A stretch of 64,000 nucleotides of DNA from Alphaproteobacteria bacterium (GCA_965243135.1 OZ251539.1:4096001-4160000); one strand, 5' to 3'; shown: positions 19,774-29,983, numbered from the stretch's first letter. Translations and numbers: made by a program. Notes: generated from the letters alone by a model not told the origin.

Positions 19774-22175
19774 CTCCGATCCCCCTGCTGCAATTGTCGT
19801 TCCCGTGCGCCGGACGGCTCCGCCTCCCGAAGCGCGCGCCAGACGGTCTCCGCGGTGAAGGGCAACGGCACGTGCCGCACGCCGAGATGCCACAGCGCAT
19901 CGACCACCGCGTTGCCGACCGCGGCGGGCGACCCGATAGCGCCGCTTTCGCTGCCGCCTTTGACGCCGAGCGGATTCGACGGCGCAGGCGTTTCCCTGAA
20001 GACGAGATCGAACGACGGCAGATCGTCGGCGCGCGGCATGCAATAGTCCGCGAAGCTGCCGGTAACGAGCTGTCCGCTCCCGTCGTATACGACGCGCTCC
20101 ATCATCGCCTGCCCTATTCCCTGCGCAAGTCCTCCGTGCACCTGACCTTCGACGATCATCGGATTGACGACCACGCCGCAATCGTCGGCCGTGAAGTAAT
20201 TCCGCAGCGTAACCGTGCCGGTCTCCGGGTCGACCAACACCACGGCGAGATGCATGCCCTGCGGATCGTTGGTGTCCGGCGGCTCCCAGAAGACCGTCTC
20301 CTCGAGTCCCGGTCGCACGCTTCCGTCGGCCTCGCGAGGCAGCATGGCGCCGTGGCAGGCGTTGCCGGCGACCTCCGCGAAGGTCACGCGCCGGTCCGTG
20401 CCGCGGACAGTATAGACCGCGGCGTCGAATTCGAGATCTTCTTCCGCGCTTTCGAGCATGTGCGCCGCGATGCGGCGCGCCTTCGCGGCGACCTTGTCGG
20501 CCGCGATCATGACGGCGGAACCGCCCACCGTCAGCGACCGCGACCCCCACGTTCCGTTGCCGAAGGGGATCATGTCGGTGTCGCCCTCGATCAGCGCGAT
20601 GTCGTCCACCGGGATCCCCAGCCGGTCGGCGGCGATCTGCGAATAGGTGATGTCGTGGCCCTGTCCATGGCTGTGGCTTCCGGAATAAAGCGTGACCTTG
20701 CCGTCGGAATGCACGCGGACGACGGCGCTTTCGTAACCTCCGTGCATGCCGCCGCGGGACGCGAGGTTGGCGCTGCTGCCGGTGCCGGACTTGTCGAGAA
20801 AACAGGCGGCGCCGATTCCCATGAGGCGGCCCTGCGCCCGCAGCGCCTCCTGCTCGGCGCGCAACGCTTCGTAACCGGCGAGCGCGAGCAGATCCTCCAA
20901 CAGAGCCGGCGGATCTCCCGAGTCGTAGGTGCGCCCGCCCGGAGCCGGATAGGGGAAATCCTCCGCCCGGATCAGGTTGCGGCGGCGCATGCGGACGACG
21001 TCGATGCCGAGTTCCCGAGCGCCGTTCTCGGCCAGCCGTTCGTTGACCCAGGTCGCTTCCGGGCGGCCGGATCCGCGATAGGCGTCGACCGGCACGGTGT
21101 TGGTGTAAGCGCCGCGCACCCGCAGATGCGCCGCCGGAGTTCTATAGAGGCCGGTCAGGGTCTGCGGGTAGGAGTTTCCGGGAATGCTGGGCGCGAAGTT
21201 CGAAAGATACCCGCCGAGCGCCGCGACCGTATCGACCTGCAGCGCGACGATCCCGCCGTCGGGGCCGAAACCCATGCGCGCGACCGTGTGATGGTCGCGA
21301 GCCTGCGCATCCGACACGAGGCACTCGGAGCGCGTCGCCGTCCACTTTACCGGTCGTCTCAGAATGCCGGCGGCCCAGGCGACGGTCGAAGCTTCGACCG
21401 CAAAGTGAACCTTCAGGCCAAAGCCGCCTCCCACGTCCGGGGCGATCACCCGGATCCTGTGCTCCGGCACGAAAAGGGCGTAGACCGCGAGCCAGCGCCT
21501 GAGGTAGTGGGGCGTCTGGGTGGTGGCGTAGAAAGTGTAGCGTTCGCCGTCGAAATCGCACAGATACGAACGCGGCTCCATAGGGCTTCCGGCGACCCGG
21601 TTGGACGGCAGTTCCATCTCGACGACCCGGTGCGCCGCGGCGAGCGCGGCTTCGGTCGCCGCCCGATCCCCCTTCTCGATTTCGAATACGAGATTGCCGC
21701 CGAAACATTCGTGAACGACGGGCGCTCCGGCGTCCAGTGCCCGCGAGACTTCGGCGACAGCGGGAAGCGGCGCGTAGTCGACCGAGACCAGATCGGCGGC
21801 GTCCCGGGCGAGATCTCCGGTTTCCGCGATTACCGCTGCAACCACGTCTCCGACATGCCGCGCCTTGTCCGAGGCGAAAGCCGGGCGGGGCGCTTCGTTC
21901 ATGGGCCGTCCGTCGCCGAACGGCATGGGATGCACGACGGTCAGTTCGCCGAGTCCGGCCGCTTTCCAGTCCGAATGGGCAAGAATTCCGAGTACGCCCG
22001 GCATCGCCGCGGCAACGCTCGAATCGACACGATCAATGCGCGCATGGGCGTGGGGCGAACGAACGAAAGCGCACCACGCGGTATTCGGAAGCCGGATATC
22101 GTCGACGTAACGTCCGCTGCCGCGAAGGAAACGCGCATCTTCCCGCCGCCCGAGCGATCGGCCCATGTAACCCAT
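19770..22175 (-). CDS. Xanthine dehydrogenase-family molybdopterin-binding subunit (form II CoxL-like)
   Basis: RSPHAHARI, VGGGFGLK, active-site loop AYRGSGRPE, GQVHGGLAQG and NPLGVKG. Confidence 0.9.
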   Translation of the reverse strand: MGYMGRSLGRREDARFLRGSGRYVDDIRLPNTAWCAFVRSPHAHARIDRVDSSVAAAMPGVLGILAHSDWKAAGLGELTVVHPMPFGDGRPMNEAPRPAFASDKARHVGDVVAAVIAETGDLARDAADLVSVDYAPLPAVAEVSRALDAGAPVVHECFGGNLVFEIEKGDRAATEAALAAAHRVVEMELPSNRVAGSPMEPRSYLCDFDGERYTFYATTQTPHYLRRWLAVYALFVPEHRIRVIAPDVGGGFGLKVHFAVEASTVAWAAGILRRPVKWTATRSECLVSDAQARDHHTVARMGFGPDGGIVALQVDTVAALGGYLSNFAPSIPGNSYPQTLTGLYRTPAAHLRVRGAYTNTVPVDAYRGSGRPEATWVNERLAENGARELGIDVVRMRRRNLIRAEDFPYPAPGGRTYDSGDPPALLEDLLALAGYEALRAEQEALRAQGRLMGIGAACFLDKSGTGSSANLASRGGMHGGYESAVVRVHSDGKVTLYSGSHSHGQGHDITYSQIAADRLGIPVDDIALIEGDTDMIPFGNGTWGSRSLTVGGSAVMIAADKVAAKARRIAAHMLESAEEDLEFDAAVYTVRGTDRRVTFAEVAGNACHGAMLPREADGSVRPGLEETVFWEPPDTNDPQGMHLAVVLVDPETGTVTLRNYFTADDCGVVVNPMIVEGQVHGGLAQGIGQAMMERVVYDGSGQLVTGSFADYCMPRADDLPSFDLVFRETPAPSNPLGVKGGSESGAIGSPAAVGNAVVDALWHLGVRHVPLPFTAETVWRALREAEPSGARERQLQQGDRR

Positions 22176-22658
22176 TAAACGATCCCGCCGGTGGTCCGCC
22201 TGGCCATATTAACCTCCCCCTGTCAACTCCGAAGCGCAACACAGCCGGTCGGCAATATCCGTCGCGAGGCGGGCTTCGCGGCGAGTCAAGCGACCGCCCC
22301 TCGTCCCCCCCTCCGAAGACCGCCGCACGATGCTCTTCGCAGCGGCAGCGCGTTCCCGGATCTCTACGCTGACCCCGAAAGGCGCACTACGCACGCTTAC
22401 CGGTCGGGCGGGCGCGAGCGCTGCCGCCGGGCAGCGCAACCGCAAGGTTGGCGAACTTGCGGCGGCGACTCAAGCCGCCGCCGCGGCGCGCCTTTCCGGC
22501 ACCAGCAGGGCAAAGACCCCGGCGAGCGCGACCCACCAAAGTCCGTCTCGCAGTCAGAGATCCCCGAGCAAGACCCCTGTCGACGCGCCAGAAACGGCGA
22601 CGCCAGTCCGCGCCTGCGAACGAAGTAGCGGGAAACCGCGGCCGTGACGGGAAGCCGT

Positions 22659-23186
22659 TCAGGCGGTCTCGCAATCGAAGCCGACGACGTTGCGCTCCTC
22701 GCGGCTGAACTCCACCCCGATCAGGTGGACCGAACGTCCGAGACGGCGGTACTTGTCCGCATAGCCCTTCTCCCGCAGCTGCGCGAGCGCGATCCCCTCC
22801 CGCCCGCGCTCCACCACCTTGAACTCGAACAGGTAGACGCGCCTGCCGGCGCGGATCGCCATGTCGGCGCGCCCCCGGCTGCCGCTGTCCTCGGCCACCG
22901 GCTCGAGGCCCTCCATCAGGAAGCAGCTGGACGCTCGCGTAGTGGGCCTCGTACACCGGGCTGTTCATGTACCACTGGTGCGGGATGGCGGCGAAAATGC
23001 CGCGGAACAGGGTTTCGAGACGTTTGAAGTCGTTCGCCTCCAGCAATTCGCCCAGCCGCAAGTTCTCCGTCTCCTCGCGGGCCTCGTCCGGGAGCAGTTC
23101 TTCCAGCAGGGCCTCGCCCAGGCTTTGGCGCACCTCGAGGTTCGGGTAGCCCAGCCGGTAGCGCCCGTCCTTCTCGCCGACGATGG
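22659..23186 (-). pseudogene. 3' exon of the AAA-ATPase-like/PD-(D/E)XK (PDDEXK_9) gene, frameshifted near 22929
   Basis: TIVGEKDGRYRLGYPNLEVRQSL...YEAHYASV, then a frame change to SCFLMEGL..AED..GRADM..YLFEFK..ALAQLREKGYADKY..LIGVEFS. Confidence 0.85.
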
Positions 23187-24047
23187 GTAGAGTCGAGGAC
23201 TGGCGCGTTAGCTTTAGGGTCCGGTGGATGTTCCGTCGCTTTCGCTCCGGGCCTCAGTCCGGCTCCCGTGGCCACGTTTCCAGTCCCCGCTCTCCGAACC
23301 GGACGTGCGGATTTCCCGCGCCTCCAGCAGGATCATGCGTCTCGCCCACGGATGGATTGTCAGCGTTCCCAAAAAACGGCCGGTTTTCCGGACCCGGGAG
23401 TTGCACCGTCTCCCATATTTTCCGCCTGTTCTCGCTTTCCAACCCGTCGCCGAGCCTGTTTACGCCTCGACGACCCCGGCCTCTCGACCGGGTTCCTTCG
23501 CTTCTGCATGTGACGCTTCCGGGATCTCTGGCATGTAGTCGGTTGTTAGGCATAGCCAATCTCCGAGCCCTTCTCCCTTGCGGCGCCCTTCCTCGCCTGA
23601 GGCCCCTTTCCTCCGCCGGCGTTACCCGGCTTCTCCGGTACTACGGGCCTCTCCGCCACCCTGCCGGCCCGGCCTGCCCCTCGCGGGGTTCCGGTTGACT
23701 CGTGCGCGTCACCGACAGGGCTTCCCGTGTTGCTGCTTCCTTCATCTTCCATGCGTGCCGACACCCCGGCGGAAACGGTCGGTGCTTTTGTCGTTCTCTT
23801 CCCGACCGTCGGCGGCTTTCCCCTAACCTCAGGAGGGTCAGCTTCCGCATTGACCGTTTCGAGGCCTGCTCAATGTTCACTACTCGTTTCGGCCCGCGTG
23901 TTCGCTGAGCGGCCTTCGCCGCCCTTTCCCAGAGTGCTTCAGCCTACATCGTTACCTCCGTAAACCGCCCTGGCCGCTACCAACCGGAACGACAGTTGTT
24001 GGGTGGGATTCGCACCCACCAGAAGAAAGCGCCTTTCCACGGCGCAC
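23187..24047 (-). mobile_element. Group II intron (IIB-like) lacking its RT/maturase ORF
   Basis: 5' GTGCG and 3' CTCGACTCTAC; D5-like GCGGGAAATCCGCACGTCCGGTTC; D6 stem GGGGACTGG/CCAGTCCTC; EBS1 TGAGGT complementary to the exon end ACCTCA; removal restores the host frame (GYL-T-IVGE). Confidence 0.93.
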
Positions 24048-25041
24048 TGAGGTAGCCGGTCTGGAACAGAAGCGCCTGGACCGACATCCTGTCCACGTCG
24101 AAGGTCGAGAGCAGGCTCTCGCTGCCGATCATGCCGTCCAGGCGGGGAGTGGGCAGGTTGCGGCGCGCCAGCGTCTCGATCAGGAAGGTCGGCGTGCCGC
24201 TCTCGAACCAGTACGGGTGGAACTCGCGCCGCCGAAACAGCAGCAGCAGGCCGAACGGGTTGTGGACCTTTTCCGATCCGAGCCAGTTGTAGCCGTCGTA
24301 CCAGCGGCGGACCTCGTCCCGGTCCAGGCCCTCGAGTTCAGGAGCGAAGACCGCGTCCAGCTCCGCATCCGTGTAGCCGCAGATGTCCGAGAACTCCGGC
24401 TCCAGCGTGATGTCGATCAGGTTGTTCAGGCCCGAGAACAGGCCCGATAACTTGCTCACTCCCGTCAGGAAAACGAAACGGAGCTGCCTGTCGCAGGCCT
24501 TGATCACCCCGTACAGGCTGCGCAGGAAGTCGCGGTTGGCCAGCGCCAGTTCCCGGTCGCCGAGCGCGTCCAGGACCGGCTTGTCGTATTCGTCCACCAG
24601 CACGACCACGCGCCGCCCGGTGCGCTCGTGCAAAGCCTCGATCAATTCCCAGAAACGAACCGACGCTTCGACGAGGCACGGTTCGAGGCCGGCGTGCCTC
24701 TCCGCCACCGCCAGCTGCCTTTCCACGGCGACGCGAACCCCGTCCGGGGCGCGGAAATCGCCCCCTCTGCTGAAATCCAGCCGCACGACAGGATGGCGCG
24801 CCGACCAGTCCCACCCGCCGTGCACGGCGAGGCCCCGGAACAACTCCTCGCTCCCCTCGAACAACTCCTGCAGCGTGTCCACCAGCAGGGTCTTGCCGAA
24901 CCGGCGCGGACGCGACAGGAAATAGTACTTGCCCCCTTCGACGAGGCGGCGCGCATGGTCCGTCTTGTCAACGTAGTAGCAGTCCATCCCCCGGATCTCC
25001 CGGAGGGAGGAAAAGCCGATCGGAAGCATGCGTCCTGCCAT
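24048..25041 (-). pseudogene. 5' exon of the AAA-ATPase-like (PF09820-type) gene
   Basis: LPIG, YYVDKT, Walker A SRPRRFGKTL, Walker B LVDEYDKP, TGVSK, YWFESGTP and LLFQTGYL. Confidence 0.9.
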
Positions 25042-25798
25042 TCGGCGAGAAGTAGGCCGCCGCGCCGGAACCGTCAAGAAGTCGGCGGCGGCAGGCCTGT
25101 CTGCGTCCCCTGGCGCGGCAAGCAGCCGGCAGTTTCCGCGACGCTACGGCTGGGAAAAGCGCGGGGGCGAGCGAACCTGTCGCTCCGCGGGAATCCTGCC
25201 CGCTCGCAGGAGGCGAGCGCGTTCGACGCGCTCAACGCGCGGCCAGGAGACATTCAGGCGGAAGCGAACGCCGACGGAAGGCTCCGTCACCAAAGGCGAC
25301 GCGCGTCGGCAACGATCTCGACACCGGCTTCGCGAGCCTCGACGGCAAGGTCGACGCCCTCGCCGCGGAAACCAGAGCCGACGCAACGCGACGGCAAGCG
25401 CCCTCGCCAAGGAAAGCCGCACGCCTCGAAACCAGGACGATTGTCGCGGCAGGCCTCGCCGCGCCTGTGTTGGTTCGGTACCGAAGATCCGCGCACGACG
25501 ACATGCGCCGCAAGCGGCGAAACGCTTGAACGTCAGGCAACGGTTCCGTCGAACAACGAGAGCGTCGTCCGGTCGAGCGAGCGGACTTCCGCCGTCGAAA
25601 ACCATGGCCCGTTCGAAGCCATCAACCGAAGCGGCTCGCGAAAGCGAAACCGGAAACGGCGATGGCAGGCGTTGGCCTCCGTTTTTGAACTCACCCGCCT
25701 GACCTCTCCGCAACATTAAAACGACCGGTCAGCCACCACGCATGTTGCGCTTCAAACATGAAGGGGCGTCCGGTACCAGGTCTTTCCCGCATTTGGTC

Positions 25799-25837
25799 TT
25801 GCAATGAATCCATAAATGGTCTATTTTATCAAAATAG
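25799..25837 (+). promoter_or_regulatory. TA promoter with palindromic operator
   Basis: TTGCAA-17-TATTTT; inverted repeat CTATTTT-atc-AAAATAG (25821-25837) overlaps the -10 element. Confidence 0.6.
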
Positions 25838-25856
25838 TTCAAATATGGAGCGAGTT

Positions 25857-26255
25857 ATGCGCCTGCAATCGCCTGCGAAGATTGATCGGACGAGCCTGTC
25901 CGGCCCTGCGCTGCGCACGTTCTTTCGTATCGCGGATCTGTGGAGCCTCCCGGTGGATGGGCAGATGAGGTTGTTGGGCGTGACCGCCCGGTCAACTTTC
26001 TTCAAGTGGAAAAAGAACCCGAACACGACCTTGCCCAAGGACACGCTCGAGCGCATCTCCTACATCGTGGGCATCTACAAGGCGCTTCAGATACTGCTGC
26101 CCGACGAAAAAGCGGCGGACGAGTGGGTGAAGCAGCCGAACTCGGCTCCGCTGTTCGGCGGGCGCTCCGCGCTCGACAGGATGTTATCGGGCCAAGTCGC
26201 GGACCTCTTCCTCGTCAGGCAATACCTGGACGCCCAGAGAGGCGGCTGGGCGTGA
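25857..26255 (+). CDS. Xre/MbcA/ParS-type antitoxin
   Basis: LRTFFRIADLW HTH, ERISYIVGIYKAL, PNSAPLFGG and RQYLDAQRGG; GGAG RBS. Confidence 0.9.
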   Translation: MRLQSPAKIDRTSLSGPALRTFFRIADLWSLPVDGQMRLLGVTARSTFFKWKKNPNTTLPKDTLERISYIVGIYKALQILLPDEKAADEWVKQPNSAPLFGGRSALDRMLSGQVADLFLVRQYLDAQRGGWA

Positions 26256-26935
26256 CGCCCCCGGTTGCCCGCATTGAATGGAGGCCGTGCTGGAGAATTA
26301 TCCCCAGCCGATTTCCGCCGATCGACCTTTTCCAGCGAGTAACGGCTCCCGACGACCTGGAGGCCGTCTTCGCGCTGGACGCCATGACCAATCCGCGATT
26401 GCGCAACGACGCGGGCGATATTCAGCTTGTGCCTCCGGAGGAGCGAATCAGCGGCCCCGGCTCCAGTGTCGTTATGGCGGCCTTCACGCATCTGAACGCC
26501 GAGGGAAGCCGGTTTACCGACGGAAGCTACGGAGTGTTCTATGCCGCCCGCAATCTCGAAACCGCCATTGCGGAGACGAAGCATCATCGCGAACGCTTCA
26601 TGCGCGCCACGGCGCAAGCGCGCATGGAGCTCGACATGCGGGTTTACCTCGTCGATCTCGCCGGCGACATGCACGACCTGCGCAGTCTCGAACCAGTCTT
26701 TCCGCTTGTCTATTGCAAGGACGACTACACGGCCAGCCGCCATCTCGCGAGTACGTTGCGGAAGGAAGGATCCAGCGGCATCGCCTATGACAGCGTCCGC
26801 CGAAAAGGCGGCGAATGCGTGGCTGCGTTCCAGCCTTCGGTTCTGTCGGCCGTTCGTCAAGAACGGCATCTTTGTTACGTCTGGAACGGGCGGCAGATCA
26901 CGGATATTTACGAGAAAAGGGATCTGAAGCGGTAA
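26252..26935 (+). CDS. RES-domain toxin (NAD+ phosphorylase/ART-like)
   Basis: RIIPSRFPP, SRFTDGSYGVFYAA, AIAET and YDSVR; GTGA overlap with the antitoxin. Confidence 0.92.
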   Translation: MTPPVARIEWRPCWRIIPSRFPPIDLFQRVTAPDDLEAVFALDAMTNPRLRNDAGDIQLVPPEERISGPGSSVVMAAFTHLNAEGSRFTDGSYGVFYAARNLETAIAETKHHRERFMRATAQARMELDMRVYLVDLAGDMHDLRSLEPVFPLVYCKDDYTASRHLASTLRKEGSSGIAYDSVRRKGGECVAAFQPSVLSAVRQERHLCYVWNGRQITDIYEKRDLKR

Positions 26936-27597
26936 ACCGTCGCCGACGCGAGCGCGATGCAAACGGCATCTTTCGGGTTGCCTCGCTTCCGCTCGATGCC
27001 GACGACGCCGACTTTAAATTCTCCCCTTGCCCTTCCCGCCCCCGGTCGACGCCAACCGCGCCCCGTCCGGAAGTCCTGCGGAGACCCCTTGCAGTCGGTC
27101 GCGGTTTCGCCCGCGCAACCGCCGGGTCGAGAGCGGTATGACGCCGGCCCGGCGGCGAGACCGAGACCCGACGCCCCATCACGTTCGGCGTTCCGACCGG
27201 CGCGATCGTTCGCGAACGCGCCGATACCGAAAGACGGATGAAGGCGGCGACGCGTCCGGTTTCGGAAAGCGACTCCCGCAAGTTCGATTTGCCGACGCTC
27301 GCGACAGGTCGGCACCATGGTGCCCAGCGCGCCGATTCCGAGGGCTTCGGTCGCGGCGAACGGCACGCGCGCCGCCGGGAACCAAAGCGAACGGCGCGCT
27401 CTTGGACGGCGAACGGGTCGCCGACCGACAGGCTTCCGGCAGCGTCAGACCCGGCGGAACAGGCAGGCCAGAACGGAACGGCCGACGACGGCGACCTATT
27501 AACCCGGACGGTAGCCCATGCGCGGCTTGCTTGCCGTTCCGGTCCCGCTGCCGTAGCTTCGCTTGCGAAAACGACAACGGTCACGGAAAGCCGCCCG

Positions 27598-28461
27598 ATG
27601 GTTCAACTGCTCGACGACGACATTCGCAGCCCGGAAATCCGAAGCTGGAAAGGAATCCATCTGTTCCACTTTCACGGTTCGTCCTGCTCGCAGAAGGTCC
27701 GGATCTTCATGAACCTGAAGGGTATCGACTGGGAACCGCATCTGATCGACTTGCCGTCGAACGAAAATCTCAGCGAATGGTACCTCGGGATCAATCCGCG
27801 CGGCCTCGTGCCCGCCTTGGTCTTCGACGGCGAAGTCCACATCGAAAGCAACGACATCGTCACGCTGATCGAGCGCCGTTTTCCGGAGCCCGCCCTGATC
27901 CCGAAGGGACGCGAGGCGGAAGTCGACGATCTGCTGCGGCACGAGGACGACCTGCACCTCGACATCCGCACCCTTTCCTTCCGCTTCGCCCAGCCGCGCG
28001 GACGAAAGATGAAGTCCGCCGAAGCGCTGTCCGACTACAAGTCGCGCGGAAGCGGCACCGTTCTCGGCAAGGCCGACGAGAACAAGGCGCGGGAAATCGC
28101 TTTCTGGGAATGGGCCGGCCGTGAGGGGATCACCGACGACGCCGTCCGCGCCTCGGCGGCGAAGTTCCGAAGCGCCCTCGATGAGATCGAGCGGCGGTTG
28201 GCGTCCGGCCCTTACCTGCTCGGCGAAACCTTGAGCGTCGTCGATGTCGCTTGGTTTATCTACGTCAATCGCCTGGACCGTTGCGGCTATCCCCTGCGCC
28301 GCCTGCATCCTGCGGTGGCGGGATGGTTCGAAGCGTTGAGACGGCGGCCGGAATTCGCCGACGAAGTCCGGATGCCGGCCGAGATCGACCGGGCCGTGGA
28401 GGAAAACCAGCGTCGGCAGCGCGCCGAGGGAACCGCTCTGGTAGACGTCGCCGGCCTCTGA
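27598..28461 (+). CDS. Glutathione S-transferase family protein
   Basis: SSCSQKVR, INPRGLVPAL, IESNDI and YLLGETLSVVD. Confidence 0.88.
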   Translation: MVQLLDDDIRSPEIRSWKGIHLFHFHGSSCSQKVRIFMNLKGIDWEPHLIDLPSNENLSEWYLGINPRGLVPALVFDGEVHIESNDIVTLIERRFPEPALIPKGREAEVDDLLRHEDDLHLDIRTLSFRFAQPRGRKMKSAEALSDYKSRGSGTVLGKADENKAREIAFWEWAGREGITDDAVRASAAKFRSALDEIERRLASGPYLLGETLSVVDVAWFIYVNRLDRCGYPLRRLHPAVAGWFEALRRRPEFADEVRMPAEIDRAVEENQRRQRAEGTALVDVAGL

Positions 28462-28503
28462 CGCGGTGCCGGCCGCCGCTCGGGCGCTCGACGGCGAACG
28501 GGA

Positions 28504-29541
28504 TCAACCGTCCGCTACGGTCGCGTGGATCCGCAGAAGTTCGGGAATCGTCTCGGCCGGCCGCCGTCCGAAACCGCATTCCGTCGCGACGCCGAAGTTC
28601 GGGGCATGCCTTTCCGCGGCGGCGATGCGCCTGCGGGTGCCGGTCGCGCCGTCCGTGTAATGCACCAGCCCCAGATACAGTTCCGTTTCCGGGTTGAGAG
28701 CGAGATCCCGAAGCGGCGCGAAATAGGCGTCGTCGTCGCGGCTGCGGGGAACCGGCATGTGAATCCAGTGAACCGGACGGGGAGAGCCCGCGCAAATGCC
28801 GTTGGCGAACGCGACGCAGGTCGCGAAGTCCTCCGGCTCGACGATATGCTTGTGTCCGGGATCGCCGTAGCAAAGGTGTATCCCCGCCTCGGCGCCCTCG
28901 GAGACGAAGCCGAGTTGACGGCAAATGCGCTCCAGGGATCCTTCGAGTATGTCCTCGTAATGCAGCTTCCAGCGGCCTGACCCGCCGTCGCGAGCGATGA
29001 CTTCGTGGCAGACGTCCCATTGGATGGCCAGCCGGTCGGCCGGAACCGCGGCGGAAATCGCCTCGACGTCGCGCTTCAGTCCGCGCTCCACGGCGGGCTC
29101 GATCAGCGGCCGATGGCCGATCTCCATGAAGTTCGTGGACAACGCGACCGCCGTCGGAAGCGACACCTGAAACCGCGTCGCGGCCGGAATGGATCCTTCC
29201 GCCCGATGAACTTCGAACCGCTCGTAGGAAGCGATTGCAGCGCCGGCGTAGCCGAGCGTCTCGAATTCGATCTCCGTCACGCCGTCGGCCAGCCGAAACG
29301 GCGCGACCCCCAACTGGGCCTGGAAGCCGTCGACTCCTTCGTACTCGCCGACTCTGGCGAGCGACGGATGACGGTCGAACAGATCGAAGACCCACCGGAT
29401 CCAGTGGTAGCGCGGACCGGTCTCGCCGTCGGGATAGCGCCGCGCACGCGGGCCGATGGTTTCTCCCAACGCCTTGAAGACGGCGTCTTCGTTTTCGAGC
29501 CCGAGGCTCCCGGTAAAATGGATTTTCCCGTTCTGCGGCAT
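28504..29541 (-). CDS. Cobalamin-independent methionine synthase (MetE C-terminal/URO-D)-like Zn protein
   Basis: GSL, PDGETG, IQWDV, HLCYGD and ECGFGR. Confidence 0.72.
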   Translation of the reverse strand: MPQNGKIHFTGSLGLENEDAVFKALGETIGPRARRYPDGETGPRYHWIRWVFDLFDRHPSLARVGEYEGVDGFQAQLGVAPFRLADGVTEIEFETLGYAGAAIASYERFEVHRAEGSIPAATRFQVSLPTAVALSTNFMEIGHRPLIEPAVERGLKRDVEAISAAVPADRLAIQWDVCHEVIARDGGSGRWKLHYEDILEGSLERICRQLGFVSEGAEAGIHLCYGDPGHKHIVEPEDFATCVAFANGICAGSPRPVHWIHMPVPRSRDDDAYFAPLRDLALNPETELYLGLVHYTDGATGTRRRIAAAERHAPNFGVATECGFGRRPAETIPELLRIHATVADG

Positions 29542-29983
29542 GGTCTCGCCTCCCCGAGTTCCCTGGACGCCCGGCGTTCCGAAACCCGGGCGCGCGGCCC
29601 AGCGCCGGAGCGGACCATATTCTCGTCAATAGCGCAAAGTCATTTCAAGTCGCGCGGCGCATGAAGCCTCGCCTCGGAGTCGCCCGACCGCCGACGCGAT
29701 ATCGTCGATCATCCGCGCCGGCGGGCGCGGTCGCAGCTTGGTCCGCAAGGAACGGATCGGCAGGCCGCAGACGATCTCCATCCTTCTGGTCCATCGGCTC
29801 GCTCCAGCGCGTTGACGACCCGCTGCCGGAATCCGAAATGAGATGCAAGAACTATTTTCGAGAACGTCGAAAATCACCGGAACGTTATGGAACTAACGAC
29901 GCAAACGCGAACGCTCGCCGTATGCCATTGGGCCCCGACCCAGGCTCTTGCGGGAGTTCCGCCACGGCTTCGGGGCGGCGCGT

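Noticed and set aside
19770-22175. True aerobic CO dehydrogenase (form I CoxL)
   Set aside because: Lacks AYxCSFR, and there are no coxM/S or accessory genes.
23183-23963. Small ORFs inside the intron as a possible intron-encoded protein
   Set aside because: No RT (YADD) or maturase motifs; they overlap structured RNA domains.
26936-27597. N-terminal extension of the GST, or a separate gene
   Set aside because: Low-complexity translation; the GST fold starts at ATG 27598 and no family is recognisable upstream.
29545-29980. Small ORFs or a riboswitch upstream of the MetE-like gene
   Set aside because: No recognisable SAM or cobalamin riboswitch consensus and no convincing coding signal.
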